A DNA stretch of 64,000 nucleotides from Takakia lepidozioides (GCA_030704615.1 CM060731.1:50716001-50780000); one strand, 5' to 3'; numbered from the stretch's first letter, positions 1 to 14,272 are shown. Translations and numbers: made by a program. Notes: generated by a model not told the origin, from the letters alone.

Positions 1-329
1 CACTTCTAAGACACTGCACACTAACTAACAAATCTACAATACATCTATGTATCACAAAAGCAGTCCAAGTATATATATACATATCAAGAGTTAGTTCCTA
101 GTGACTACCACTATCTAAATCCTATCATTGTGTTGCATATTATGCGTACTCTACAGGAGCTCTCTCAGCTAGAACTTGCACCGAGACTTGTCCCCAGAGT
201 TCTTCAAGAACAAATATCTATCAATGGCCTAAGTTTTGCAAAGTTGCATTGCAACTTATTGTTGGACAATAACTATAGTCTAAGGATGCCAAGCCCATTA
301 TGCTCTACAATCTACTCCCATAATCAATT

Positions 330-773
330 TTCTGCGACACCCCCAGGACGTCGAGGAATCAGAGCGCCGCAACCCTAGCGACGGCCGGGCGCTTTTGCGG
401 TGGCGGGGAATTTTTAAAGAAAAAAAAACGGGTTTTTTTTTTCGGGCATTGTGATTCCCCGCCGTCGCAAAAGCGTCGCCGAGCTGCGGCGCTGCGACAT
501 CTCGTTTCGATTCCCCGGCGTCGCAAAAAATTGTTGCGACGCAGTGGCATCGCAACCCCCCCAGTGCGTTGGCGGGGGAATGGGGTCAGGCCCCTTTCCG
601 GCGACGCATGGCATCGCAAGATGCCACAACGTTGTCCGAGCGCCAGCGTTACGACGCCCCGACGTCGCAAGTCCCGAGCCGGGCGCCTATGCGACGCTAC
701 AGTTGCAAGGTGGTCGGCGCGTCTGGCGCGCCCGAGGTCTTGGCGTCGCTAACCCCCCCTAAGCGTAGTAGTG
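330..773. mobile_element. CACTA (En/Spm) element right terminus with subterminal repeats
   Basis: Ends in ...CGTAGTAGTG at 773 (reverse complement CACTACTACG). Preceded by ~440 bp packed with GCGAC/GTCGC repeats in both orientations (TGCGACGC, CGTCGCAA). It truncates the transposase pseudogene to its right. The left end is not seen. Confidence 0.7.
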
Positions 774-779
774 CGGCAA

Positions 780-2800
780 CATGTTCTTCTCTTCACTGGG
801 AACTATGATGGTTAGAGACTCCTGAGGAAACGAAGGCAAAGAAGACTCCCCCACAAAGGGAGTGACACCCACGAAAGTGGGGGGCACAGGCACACGTGGT
901 ACTGAAAAAGTTCTCCCAATCGTGGCGGTGCGAATCTGCATCCGAGCCTGGTGGGGTGTCAAGTTTTCTTTTGCACAAACCAAACCTCTCCTCTCCTTCC
1001 AGATGTACAAGCCGTGACTGCAATGGTGTTCCCATTGTGCACTCGTTCACAGCCCGTGCCATCTTAGTAGGGTCTTTCAATCTGTTTGCAGCCCTTAGCA
1101 GCAACTCTGCCCTGTTTGGCCCCTTGCCTGTACCCTGTCCCCGAAGGAAATCCCGGTACCGTGTTTGTATCAGCTGTGGCAATGTACAGATCCCGCCCGT
1201 TCTTCCCGGATTGCTTCATCCAAACACTATGCACTGTCTCCGAAAGATTGCCAGAGGGCATGTCCGCAATATCCTCAAGCGTCATATCCTGCCAGCCACT
1301 AGATTATGCAATGAGTTTCATGTTTTGAGTGCAGTTTTACTGGACAAGAGCAGGCTTCAAACTGAAGGAACAAAACCCTCTAACTCTTGGAACTTACTGT
1401 TGTTATGAAACCCCCCCCACTGTCTGTATCGGAAATGCCAAAACCCAAACCAGTCGTCCAGCTCTTTGAGGTCTTCCTGGCTTGATGCATTCGAGGAGTA
1501 CCACCATGCTCGGATAGTTTGATACAGGGAGTTTGTACAAGCGGCATAGTCTCATGTGCTCGTCCTGCAATTCCACTTTTATGCAACTCTTTAAATGCCT
1601 TCGAAGGGACTGCGTCCAATGAAAGAGACAAGTGTGCTCCCTACCTTCCATAGGTGTTTTGGGGTCTCCAGATCCAAACACACACCGTACTACATTCCAG
1701 TTTGCCTGGGCGCTGTCAGCCATGAATCCATTGAAGTTTGGATCAGGCACACCATTCAAATTCATGACGTTCACAAGAGACCTCCACATCAGAATTTGAG
1801 ATTGTGTGTCCTTGGATTGCATGTCGCAAACGGTTATAGTCATTGCTCTTTGGTAAGTGGGATCATACACATGACAAGCCATGGTTGTCCACTCTTTAAC
1901 ACGTTTGACATGGTCGAACATGAGCCACGATTTCTGCAAATCGCCTCCAGGTTGCATTCTTCGGACCGGGCTAGCTCCACTACCCTCCCCCACCGTGGAC
2001 ATTTTGAATAAATACACTTTCAAGGATCCCTGGCCTGGAAAGACATTATCTTGAATAAAGTCATATTTGCTTCTACGCTTCAAGTCCAGAATGCTATCAA
2101 GAGAACCTCTGTTCCCTGGGCCTATTCGTAGTGCGTTGATGTAATTCCGGACATTGGGCGAGCTTAAAGTGGAAAAATGGTCCATAACAACATCTAGCTT
2201 TGAGGAGTCCAGCTTGGCTAAGATATCGTCTGGTTCTACAAGAATATATTTTTGCAAGAACGTCTTGCTTGCCGCAAGTGCAATGGCTGACGGCGTAGCA
2301 TTCAGAGCGTTGTGAACTTCTTGCTGCAGGAGTCCCAGTACCGTATCTATACTTTCCCTGCAATCTCCTTTGCACACAGGGTGATCATGATGAGATGTAT
2401 ACAAGCCCGAGTAAGGGTCTGGCAACGATGAAGAACGTAGTACATGCGAGCCTTGTAGGTGGCAATGCATGTGGGGACGAATTTGCAGAACCTGCAAAAC
2501 ATAGTGTTACTTGGAGTGGCACAACCCACTGCAAATGGATTGTCCGCACAGCCCTCCTACTCGGTTTCTTTTGCGGAACCAGTCAGCCTCATGCCACTGC
2601 AATTTGCATTTGTACATCGCAGGTGCCCAACGCAAACTGATCTCCGAAACTTCAACCCATGAGGATTGTGTATGTTGGAAGTTTTCGTCCGGCACCAAGG
2701 GTGTCCATCATGTTTCTTGTCCATACCCTGCATTAAACCAGCCAAACCTCCACATGAGGTTGGAGGCGGCAACTCGAAGAGGACATCACTATCACACACA
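780..2800 (-). pseudogene. Mutator-like DDE transposase with N-terminal GCM/WRKY-fold-like Zn domain (frameshifted); paralog of 59.1-62.0 kb
   Basis: ORF pieces 2557-2799, 1403-2497, 1064-1285 and 793-1182 give GMDKKHDGHPWCRTKTSNI...CVGHLRC..C, HDHP, MFDHVKRV (D1), FMADSAQA (D2), CLFHW (MULE CxxH) and GNLSETVH (E). Confidence 0.75.
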
Positions 2801-4590
2801 TGGGATCTGTGTCACACGGGGGCTTCCCAGCGGACAAGGGATCAAGGTCGAGCAGCTTGGCCATGCCCCCATTGAGTGTCCCAAGTCGTGTTCCGCAAGT
2901 TCGGACAATTAAACCCTCTGGTACATGTGGCCGCAACATCTTGAACACCTTCACTTGGTGCTTACATAGGTTCCCTTCCATAGCGTTAGGGAAGTCACAA
3001 CAAGCCCATTCGGATGCTGGATTGCATATAGTGTATACAGTGCCTGGAGAAGACATGCTTTTTACCTTCGCAGGATCCCCCGTGTGCTCGGGCAATTCCA
3101 CGTTGGATTCCGGTATCTGCCCAACCATCCACACCGCATTTTGCACAAAATGTTCCATCCTAGAGTTGCGAATGAACCCTTCAGCTTTCAAGGTCGAAAT
3201 GTACCAGTAATGTGTGAGGAGGCTACCTAATAGGATGTAGACCAACCAATCCAGTCGACGCTTGTCCATTTTCTATCTTGTTTGGGACAAGCACCTCTTC
3301 AGGTTCGCATGGTATGCTTCAATTCCAGCATTCGTATCTTGTCCGGCATGTGGGATATTTCGAGCTCCAACAACCAACATGTCCACTTTCGGGATCCACC
3401 ATTTGTGGATATACAAGAAGAACAGTTTAGCTGCGGGATCCTTTGTTTGTAACTCATACACCACAACAGGACCACCACAAAATCAGATACAAGTATGAAT
3501 CTCTGATATGTGCTCCCTGCTCGTGATCCCCTGATCCCCTTTGACTGAAACCCCTCATGCAGATCCGGTGAAGGCAATGAAAAGGGAATACATGAGCCCT
3601 CCTATGGCCAATGAAAGGCCGATAAAAATCACATTGTCGGATCAAACATGTACTGGTCCTGATCCCCTGGTACCCTGAGTATCCGAAATGTATGCAACAG
3701 GGATGTCGTTCAGCCAAATGTTGAAGACCATAAGAGTAAACATGGCATACTGCACATAAAGACGAAAATGTGCAATGTAAGTACTTTTGTTTTGAAAATA
3801 GGCGAAACATTTTACTGAAATTAATGACAAGAAATCACAGGAGGTGAACCCCGAACCCTACAACCCCTTCTGTTCTCATTTTAGTATTATGTGATCCCCC
3901 CTGTGGGCTATGCCATGATCCCCTGGAAGGAGACCATCCCTCCGTCATTCCTCTCTATAACCCCCCAAGGCATGCATTTGCTAAGTTGTCTTCCCTCCTG
4001 CCTGCGCATCCCTCACTACGAATCACACAAGTACACGTCATGGTCCCAAAATGGTCCCAACATATACAGAGCAGTATACATAATGGAGTTTGGCCTATGT
4101 GTCTAGTCCCCTAATGGGCTGAGGCAGCCGTGTTGTCGAATCCGATAGGGGGATTAATAGGTCACTGGTGATGACCCAATGTCTTGATCCCCTGCACATC
4201 GGATAAGGCTATGGTCCCCCTGTGCCCCTGCTCTCCACCGATCCCCTGCTCTCCACCGATCCCCTGCTCTCCACCGATCCCCTGCTCTCCACCGATCCCC
4301 TGCTCCCCACTGATCCCCTTCACAGTGAAAGATGCTATGCTCTCATGCTCCCAGGAGTCCACGCCGTCGATTCCACACACCTTGTGTTCATTCGTTCTAA
4401 AGGTCGCATCACAAGAGATGATACGTTTGTCACCCATTTGGAGCATTGTTTTTTTCTGAAATTATGTTTGAATGCCAATGGCAAATTTGAGGTCGACATT
4501 GCCGCGCCGTGTTCCTCCAGCAGGGGCATCGGGCGTGTCCTCTTGATAGAAGAAAACACTCTGGGGCTAGGCCTCCTTCCACATCTTTAG
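2800..4590 (-). pseudogene. MULE transposase with C-terminal SWIM Zn finger (second family), intron-containing, decayed
   Basis: FFYQE...GIQT, ISCDATFRTNEHK (D1), TLMVF..IPVAY, DTNAGIEAYHANLK (E motif) and SWIM-like WACCD..AMEGNLCKH, spread over several exon-like blocks. Confidence 0.8.
4225..4314. repeat. 18-bp tandem repeat x5 (CCCCTGCTCTCCACCGAT)
   Basis: Four identical units and one variant unit, read directly; lies in a predicted intron of the MULE transposase. Confidence 0.95.
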
Positions 4591-5260
4591 ACTGGTCCCC
4601 TCGTCCTTATGTCGCTTGCCACGAGGGTATTGTTCAGAATGACGTTGGGTACAATCCCAGCTCTGATGATGTCACCATGAACCTCTTTGCCCTTTTCCAG
4701 GGCTGCCAAGCTCGCACATGCATTGCATATACAAACGAACGTGACCAGGTCTAGCTTTACCCCTTCCCGCATCATTTGCTCATAGGTCTCCAATGCCTCC
4801 ATCCCGCATCCATGCTAGGGAATATCCCGCGATCATCACACAATCCCGGACACGACATTTTGTTCAGCCATATTCTCAAACACTTTGTATCCTCAATACT
4901 GCCACATTTGGCATACATGTCCATGAGGGTATTGTTCAGAATGACATCGGGTACAATTCCAAATTTGACAATGGCACCATGGACCTTTTACCCTTCTCTA
5001 GGGCTGCCAGGCTTGCACACACATTGCAAACACAAACGAACGTGACCCGGTCCGGCCTCACCCCTTCCCGCATTATTTGCTCATACGTCTTCGAAGCCTC
5101 TATACCACACCCCTGTTGTGCATATCCTCGCCCTTCCTGCATTATTTGCTCAAGAATAAGCTCAAGAAAGCTGCATCAGTTGCTCAAGAATAGGTCGCAA
5201 AGCCTCAATCCCACGTCCCTGCATTGCATATCTTGCGATCATTCATTCCATGACACAAGT
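4590..5260 (-). pseudogene. PLS-class pentatricopeptide repeat (PPR) gene fragments
   Basis: EALETYEQMMREGVK..VTFVCICNACASLAALEKGKEVHGDIIRAGIVPNVILNNTLV.MYAKCG motifs, frameshifted. Followed by the GTCCCAGCCCT...GGGCAACC block also seen at 27480 and 28120. Confidence 0.85.
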
Positions 5261-8200
5261 TCTCACTGCTTTGGCTCGATACTACAAAAACATATGGTAG
5301 CGTGGGAGACAAAATGAGGCTAAAGTCCCAGCCCTATGTGTTCACGGCTGAACGTGGGCAACCCTAAAGCAACTTTTTGAATTTTTTTAACTTTTTGCAC
5401 TTTGTCACAGTCTTCGGAGATGAATCAATGCTCCGACAAAATCAGGCAAGCTCTACCCTCAAGGTAAAAGAATCTTAACACTTCAAGATTACCAATGGAG
5501 CAGGCATTTGAGAGCTTTACAATTTTGGAGCCACAGTCTTCGGAGATGAATCAATGCTCTGACAGAATCAGGCAAGCTCTCCAAGCAATGAAAATGAACT
5601 TCACGCATGCATAGAGTTGATGAAACAATCACAAGCTAAACCCTAAAAATCTTACAAAATGGTAAGCAAACTTTTGTGATCAAACATTCCCAATCTCTTC
5701 CCAATCTCTTCACATTCCCAATCCCAATCAACTCGTACGTCCTAGCTAGCTTCTAGTTGCGTTCCGCCCACAAACTCCTCCATTACCATCTCCACCATTT
5801 GCACTTTAGGTTTGAATGCACGAGGTACCTTCATATACATATCTTTGCTATATCTCATTATTTGTCTACAAAATAATGGGACCTTAAACCTTCATCCATA
5901 CCGAGAAATGGAGGTATGACTTGTAGACATACAAAACAACCCAGTTTCAGAGCATGATATATTTATAACACAAAGAAAGGTCCTCTGGTCAGACTCTCTA
6001 TACCATACATACATATATATTCTTCGCTACCATCTAAAGAAAGCGGTTAGGGGAAGTAACACGCTAACCCAACTTATGATCATTGCATAATGGTCTTTGA
6101 AAATTGAAGAGAACACATAGAAACCATATCCAATGCCTTGGAAGTACTTGACAATGGCTTCAAACATAATGTACCAAAGATGCCTAGCAAAGCAGGACAA
6201 GCACTATGCGGGGGCTTGGATGGAAGGTGAAGCTGTTGACACCTCCATGTTGCATGGGTGTGCCACGGGCTTTGTTGTGTATTTGTGTGCATTGGTGCAA
6301 AAGAGAGTACGTAAGTACCCCACCAGTAGGAAGCAGAAATAAGCCCTGGATAAATGCAAGCACAATTCTGCAAAGGAATGATATCTCCCATCACACTTCC
6401 TGCCAGGCAAATGTCATGATCTGGAATCCTGAATCTCCGGACCAAATGCAATTTCAGGTTTAGGTGTGTGAACATAGATTCCAACTTTGAATTGGGTTTC
6501 TTGTGTGCAGTGAAGATAGGTTCCCCATTTAAATTGACTCCTCTCTGAACTGAAAGTACACAATGAAGTTATGTTTGAGGGAGTAGAAGCCGCAGGACTA
6601 CCTGGAGGACAACTTGCTGCACTTTCTGAGTCTGGCCTTTTGATGCCTTACCTGCTACAGTGCACATAAAGGCCACATGTCAAAAAGATTGATTAACTGT
6701 TGCAGCTGTGATCTCACCATGGAGGAAGCTAAATTACATGGGTCACTTATATTCTGCGAGGTACCGTTGAATCAAGAGACACACAAGATCTGCCCTCCAT
6801 GAGGTCCTCAATATCTTCCTTGGTGCAGTCACTGTACCTCCCATCTTACACTACTGTAGATAGAGTTATAAGCAACTAGAAAGAGCACGTTCATGCTGAG
6901 ACATATCCCATCTCTATGAGAACTATAATGGTGTTGAAGGGCAGCATAGGAAAGAAAGCAGTGGAACTTGATGCACATTACCAGTTTGGGTGACACAAAT
7001 CCCAGGTGAGCTCGAAACAAAATTGTTTGAAGCAAATAGGAAATCAGTTTCAATAAAAATAAAGGTGGAATTCACAAAAAGAAATAATCAAAGGTTTACA
7101 GGCTGACCATTGCCCTAAACAGTTGAGAATTGCAAACAATCCTTACTTACCAGAGCTCTGCCCAATAAACTCCATTGCTTTGACAACATCTCCAACTCTG
7201 TTGAGAGCTTCCATAATGTCTCTGCAATTAGGGATCACACACTAGTTGATAGATTAAAAATTACTCGATACGTTCCCTGAAATTGGTGAAGATAATCACT
7301 TGTGCCTAGCTGGATCATGTCGACCTGTCCCCATAAAAAATCAGCACCAATCTCAGGAAAGCCTTCGATGCTCAGGTAAGATTCAGCAAAACGTTCACCC
7401 TCCGCCAAAGTTCTGCTGTAGGTTAGGTTGCCACAGTGAACAGAAAACGCTTGGATCCTATCTCCCTTGTGCTGCAAGGCCATTTGCTGTGGGTGAGGAC
7501 TCTTGAGCACCTTACAAAGTAACTATTGGTAGTTGAAAGGCATCAAGACAGCCTTGATAGGGCATAGCAGAATGCCAAAGCCTATTCAGGTCTATCATTA
7601 TATACTTCAACTGGGCAACAAAAACAAACATATTGCCATCCAAATCCATGGTATGTAGATGTACTGGAGAATGGAGAGGGGTTTAACTGAAATAAGAGAG
7701 TATAATTTCCTCCATCCTTAGTAGTTTGGATCTGGAGACACCATGGCCAACAACCTGCTGTATCAGGCTCCTTACATGCTGCAGCTTAGCATTCTTTGCC
7801 AGTTGTTGTACAAAAAATGGTCAAAATAAGCTGGAGCTTCTCGAGTCCCAGATCCAGGCTGCTTCATCATCCGTATATGCTCTCATCTGATTATCCGCAG
7901 GGTACAAAAATCTTTTGATGGTAAAAGTAGACAAGCGTGAGCTTTGTGGCCTCCTCATTCATTGGGATTTGGGTGGGAGTCTGGACTGAGATGTTTTGTG
8001 GTGCATAATCTTGCAGAAAGCAGCCGGAAGGACGGAAAAAGCTACAGGAAGGCTAAAGAGATTGGGCTCGAACAAGAGCAGGTACCAGAACTTTTGCTCA
8101 TTTTACCAATCTGATGAAGGACCATAAAGCACAGCTGATCAGCTTTTGTAGCAACCTGTGCAGAGGTTGAATCACCTGGAGACAAAAATAGTGCACCTGG

Positions 8201-10202
8201 AGTGCCAAGTCCAGACCCTTTGGCAGGTAACATGAGTGTTTCCAGCATAAAGTTTCATGCTCTAATGCAGTCAACAATCTTTTGGGCAGATTTTCCACTG
8301 GTCAGTGGAAATTGCCACCTTTTATTGCCATTGTATCCACTTGAGCTATGATTTGGACACAGACTTGGATCCAAGGGCACTTGAGGGTCTCAAAAGTGAT
8401 TAGTACCTGCAATTGGTCAAGTAACAATTCTCTTGGCTGCTTTTGAAAAGGGAAACTCAAAGGGTTCGACATGCCTTACAATGAAGTGAGATCTCTTTTC
8501 TTGTTCTCTTTTATCCCCTCCAGATCCGTTTGTCTCCATGTCTCTGTGTGTCTCTGCGTCCCTGTCCCTAGGCCCTCTATGGATGTTGTGAAGTCTTTTC
8601 TCTTATATCTACCTTTCCTTTGAGCTTCCCGCGGATGTTATAAAGTACCATTCCATTTCTTCCTTTCTTCCTAAATGCAAACACCACAACCACAACTGGG
8701 CTCAGTATGCAGCAATTTTAAGTCCATTTTTATAGTGTCTTTTCTCTGCACCCCTCCCCCCAACTTTTTGATCGTGTCTGAACCTGGTGAGGGTCTATAT
8801 GCTATGCAGCAACTCGAGGTCCATGACTACATTCTCTGTGTCTCTGTTCATTTCTTTAAAGGCTGGCAAGGGCATGTTTTCCTTCTTGAAATCTGTCTAT
8901 CTTCTCTTGAATACTGAAGTCGTGTTTGTTATGGCCCTGTAGAACTTGGATGAGCAGTTGCTCGAGGAGCATGAGAAGTTTGGAACTGTGCCAGATTCAA
9001 ATGGCATTAAGCACCACTTTATTCTCGCCATCCATGCCAGGGTATCCCTGTACTGATGGATTCCCGCTTCACATTCTCAACTCATCTCCAGGTTCTCATG
9101 TGATCATTGTACCATGAAGCTATGGATTCAAGACATCGATTTATCCACTTCAGAGACTCTCTTACGGGTGAGGTGCGGAAACCATGATATGATTGTGATT
9201 GAATGCAGCAATAAAACATAACGTTCAGCATTGCAAAAGCAGCGCTGGGTTCACCTCAGGTGGGACCTACTTCATCACCATATTTCTCTCAGAGCCAGAA
9301 GAGTAATTAGACCTGACACTGTTCAAGTCTCAAAAGGCATGAGCAGTTATTGTTGTCTTTCAAGATTCCCAGGCTTTTTGAAGAGACCTTGACCTGATAT
9401 GTATAATTGTAGCTTACCTCCAAGGAGCCACAGTCTTCAGGCGTTGTTTAGTTGTTTCTAAAATGGTTACTTCTTATTCTATTGTGTCCCATTGGCCCTC
9501 ATGGCCCTTGGTACGTTATGATTTTTATTTATTTATTAATTATTTTTTTTAATTATTTTCTGGCCCCCAAGGACGTTTTGAAGTTCCTCTCCTTTCCTTT
9601 CTCTCTTTGAGCTTTCCACGGACGTTATAAAGTACCGTTTCATTTCATTTCGTTTCACTGGCCATGCGGACTGCAGATTCCACTTCAACCAGCAGGAAAT
9701 TGAGACTGTCAAATTCGTACCAATGTCTGGGTCTGGTTATCCACTCATCCAAATTTTAGTTCGCCCACTGCATCTATGGACAGATTGACAAAGGGAAAGG
9801 CTGCCTCCATCCGCCTCCAGGCCAAATGCAATCAGATACATTTGCGCCAGGCCCCAACATACACAAATGGAAACTACTTAGTGGCATCAAAGAGAGAGAA
9901 TGAAAGGAAGGGAGGTGGACGAAGTAGAACAACACGAGAGAAACATGAGTTCTTATCGTCATCTCTGAGAACTGAGGGTGTAGCTCCATTAAACTGCTTG
10001 ACCGTAGCTGATGCACTGACCACTACCCTTGTGAAAGCGGGGATATTCTGTTGAAGAGTGAGAGCTGGAAGTGTCTGTGCTGTCACGATTGTCAGAATAG
10101 CTGAAAATGTAGGAGTTGCAACTTGAAGCATGAAGAAGTTTCGTGAGAAGCTAAATCCGTTTGATTGTGGCTGTGATGAATCATGAATATCCCAAGAGAA
10201 TA

Positions 10203-10285
10203 GGGGTTCGAGTTCATCACTTCATTCCAGGGGGTCACTCCGGATGGACAGCGGACCCTGGCATGAAGTGATGAACTCGGGCCCC
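10203..10285. other. Near-perfect ~30-bp-stem hairpin
   Basis: GGGGTTCGAGTTCATCACTTCATTCCAGGG (10203-10232) pairs with CCCTGGCATGAAGTGATGAACTCGGGCCCC (10256-10285). Confidence 0.85.
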
Positions 10286-10319
10286 CATCGCCCGCTTCTT
10301 AACTGAGACGGAGCCACAA

Positions 10320-11955
10320 ATGGATCTCCGCATCGCAAAGGGCTCTCCGGCACGGCTGATGCAACACTTGGGTCTTTTTGCATGCGAGCGTCTACTAAGA
10401 TTCCTCAAAGTGATCGGGAAGAGAGAATGGAAAACGTACCCAACACCTCAGTTATGTCGTGGGAACCCTTCTGACATGTTTCTTGGACTATTGCTGGAGC
10501 CACGGGGCTGAGAAAAGCGCGCAACAGTGTCAGGACAAGTGGGAGTCACTAGCATCCGAGTTCAAGAAGGTGTGTACTTACAAAAGGATCAGTCCAGGCG
10601 GGGTTAAATCGTACTGGCAACAATCCCACGAGGAGAGAAAGAACAATAGATTGCCTGCCAATTTCCATAAGGAGGTCTTCCACGCCATGTCCGGCTGGTA
10701 TGGCCGGAATAAAACTCTTGACCCCGGGGAGCTTGCTGTGGACACGTATGCAACTCCGCAACCTGCAGGTCACCACCACTCTTTGAATTCATCATCTTCC
10801 TTCACCATGTTGTAACTTCCTCTTTGTGTTGTGGTGAAATGCAAGGCTTCTTTACACCTAATTTATAGGCGAGAAAGTCTTAAAACGACTCTCAGTAGGA
10901 CGGATATTGTGGGAGATGATCTAAGTGAATGGGTCCCCCTTACAACAACTGTTGGTAGAGTGTTCCAGCTGTTTGTTGTCCTTGAGCAAATGCACTATAA
11001 CATATGTCTAGAGCGCCACAATCTGTACACGGTGAATGGGAGCCAGATGGTTATGTTGGAGAAGGCCGGTTGTGGTCACACTGTGACTCAGTGAGTTCAG
11101 ACCAAGATTTATATGTTACTGTGGGTGTAAGTGAAGAATGGTGGTAATCCCTCTTCTGTCTTTCTGTTATGCCTAAAAGCAACCAGTATTCTAGTCAGGG
11201 AAGAAGGGAACTTCAAATTGGCCACATGAATGCCAAACAGGTGACAGAGAAGAAAGGTTGACAAACAAGGAAACAAGTGAACCCCTGCCTGCCCTTGTCA
11301 CCCCAAGAGAGGAGACTCCTTGATTGGATTATATGCTTCCAAAGAGTGTCGTACTGAGCCCTTTCTTCCCACGGGTGGGATTCTGCATGGAAGGGCCGCA
11401 ATGTGCTTGCACATAACCATAACTAGGGGGCACTTACAGACATTTTTTGCAGATTTTATCACTAAGATCTGGAGGAAAACTCTGCATCCTGTCTCACATT
11501 CTATCTTATCTACAACCTATTTTACAACCTTGACCATTTGAGGGTGTACTATGACATTACATTGTACTGAACTTCAGTAAATTTTGGCCTTTGCAGGGAT
11601 AAACACAAGCAACACAGTAGGCAGCAATGCCAAGTATTCAAAGACCGGTGAGGAGGCCGACGAGCAGATGGATTGCCCAAGCACAGGCAAGAAACGGAAG
11701 TGTTCAATATTGGTAGCTATGTCAAGGACAACCAATGGGCTAGCATCTATCCTAGAACACAACAATCAGAAGGTTGTAGATGCAATAATGAGATCCGAGG
11801 ACAAGAAAGACAAGCGGCACAAGGAAGACTTGGATATGGAAAAAATAAAGCTGAATTTTGAGGAGGAGAAGTTTGTAGGCACAATGCAACTAGGCAATGG
11901 CTATATTGGAGCTCTTAACAGTATAAGCGATGGACTTAAACAGTGTTGGCTGTGA
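10320..11955 (+). pseudogene. Myb/SANT-like trihelix DNA-binding protein (host trihelix TF or PIF/Harbinger-type accessory protein), two blocks, 5' frameshifted
   Basis: DYCWSHG..KSAQQCQDKWESLASEFKKV...SYWQQSHEERKNNRLPANF (10459-10815). A probable second exon (~11597-11955) encodes a charged coiled-coil-like region. Confidence 0.7.
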
Positions 11956-13747
11956 GAAGGCCAGCAACAGGACTGACGACAGTGTGTATGAAGCAGACAG
12001 TGGAAGCTTAGAGAAGTAAGAAGCAGTGAATCTCACGGCATCCTCTTCCAATTTTGGTGTAGTGAACTGGCTGTTGTAAGCAGAGGGTGAGCTCTATTTG
12101 AAAGGTCCGATCAGGTTGTTGTTTCTTCTGAAGGAAACATGACCACAGAGTGGGGATTTCCAGTTAAGGATTGATATTGTATTTTAGTTCCACAACACAA
12201 CACTGAGATATTTAACAATTCGCACTCATTTGTAGCCACAATCCAGGACATATGTGATGCATCTATGCTTTGCTTTTGTACACTAATTACTCGCCCATTC
12301 TCATCTATTTACAGAAATTGCTTGATTGTTGTCCACTGATTTCTTGCTGTAAAGTGTGCATCACCTTTTTGTGTGACCAGGATGGACCTTCCTGCAAGGG
12401 GTGAGGTCTGGCCTATTATTAGCGGAGCAGTGGGAGGGAGCAAATAGTCACTCATGTCGTTTGTGCTGATAGACCAAGCTTCAGTTTCAAGGAAGTGGAA
12501 AGAAGGGGAGAAGTGACTAGTGGGGGTTTTCTTGGAAGAATGGTGTGGAACAGATGAGCGAAGTGCTGCACTGGATTAAAAAACCAAAGACAAGACGAGG
12601 AAGGGCATCCCCAAAGTGAGACCCTTTACCTTTGCACACTATTTTAGGTCATGTTCTTTATTGAGCTTTGCACATTCGTTCAGTAACCAGTAGCAATAAT
12701 GGATCATGCCGGCAGAGATGAATCAATTTTCATCTACATTGATTAGATTCCCAATTGTAGTTAATCTCATATCTTTATGAGAGAACAACCTTATGACCAG
12801 CATGGAGACACCTTGGACAAGACTCCCAACAAAATTTGTATGAGAATATAGCATAGAAATTTCCTTGTCACAAAAAATATTATATGCTAGAATTGGAATA
12901 ATCCTTGAACAAAAATGAAATTGACACAACCTTGAGCGGGGTAATTTTCAGCTCACTAGTAGAAAGGGTTGTGAAGCCTTAAAACAAGCCTGAAGCATAT
13001 ACTCCTTTCCTCTCAAGAAGCAAGGTTTCACAACAAAGGGGCGAGCGGAAAGAGCAAGCAACGCGCGAGAGGAGGATCAAACACACGGATCTGACACAAA
13101 GCAACTCTCATCCAAGCCATGTACACCAAAATCACATATACACTAACACCCGAGTACACCGCCCTGGCCTTGTGTCAGGGCGCCGTCTTTATACAAAAGC
13201 CCTAGCTTTAGTGGCCCGCCGCGTGGCGAGGTGTCACAAGCCAAAGACCACGGCACCGTCTTGTAGCCCTAGATCTGATGAAGGGCTAGGATGTTGCCAC
13301 CAGCCCAAAACTAACCCTAACCTAGGTATCATTGTAATGGTTTAACGGCTTTATACGCCTTAATTTTATACTGCGGATGTGTATCGCCGTTTTGGATGAA
13401 ACGGGCCATTTCTAGGCTAATCAAATATGGGGCTTTACATCTGTGTAGCCTACCCCCTACGAAAAATCCTGAGCTCCGCGAAGGAGAACAAGTAATAGGA
13501 AAATATCACCCTCCACTGCTAGGTGAAAAACCTACCAAGAGAAAACCTGGCACTTGCAAGTTGGGCCGAGGACAAAACCCTTGGCTAGGAAAACCGTGCA
13601 GGGAGTACAGATGGTGATATACCATGAAAAATGTTGTTAAATCCTAGAGATGTCAAGTCCTAGGACCCCAATAGTCACCATCCGCAAACTAAGACTAAGC
13701 CGCTGAGAAAAGAAGAGGATGAAGCTGAAGTAGATTGGCACAAAGGA

Positions 13748-14272
13748 GTGGATACCTTTCTTCCCCCTATTCTCTTTGCTTATCGCACCGCCGTGCATGC
13801 TAGCACCAAGAAGACTCCTTTTGAGTTGTTGTATGGTCGCAAATGTGTTTCTCCTTTGCATTCTATCCCTCTTATCTCTACTGTTGCTGATCCGGTTGAT
13901 CTTGAGACCTTTGTTGAGGATCTTCATGCTTGGCATGCGGTGTCTATCCATGATGCCAAGACGAACATTGGTAAGGCTCAGCTAACACAGGCCCGTAATT
14001 TTAACAAGCGTGTCAAGTATTCTAACATGTTTCAGGTGCGACAGACCGTGTACATTCGATTACAGCATGGCAAGCATGCATGCAAATCTAAGCTCAAGAT
14101 CGACGGTCCATACTTGATCTATCAATTTTTACGTGGACGACGTGCTCTCCTTATTCCACAAGGCTCTAATACTGAAGTGCGGGATGAACCTATTTCCTTG
14201 ACCGACTTGGTGCATTCCGAACTAGTTTTTGATCTTACATGTATCAATGTGGAGGGGCGCACGGTGGGGTGA
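13748..14272 (+). pseudogene. Ty3/gypsy integrase C-terminal fragment (unrelated to the DNMT-bearing family)
   Basis: WDTFLPPILFAYRTAVHASTKKTPFELLYGR...DGPY (GPY/F module), followed by a purine-rich tract near 14250-14272. Confidence 0.75.

Noticed and set aside
13308-13326. Telomere-like CTAACCCTAA/AAACCCTAA motifs (also ~5637, ~56850)
   Set aside because: Only one or two units each; not an array.
12960-13745. Possible LTR(s) belonging to the 13.7-kb integrase fragment
   Set aside because: No second copy, PBS or TSD found to define boundaries.
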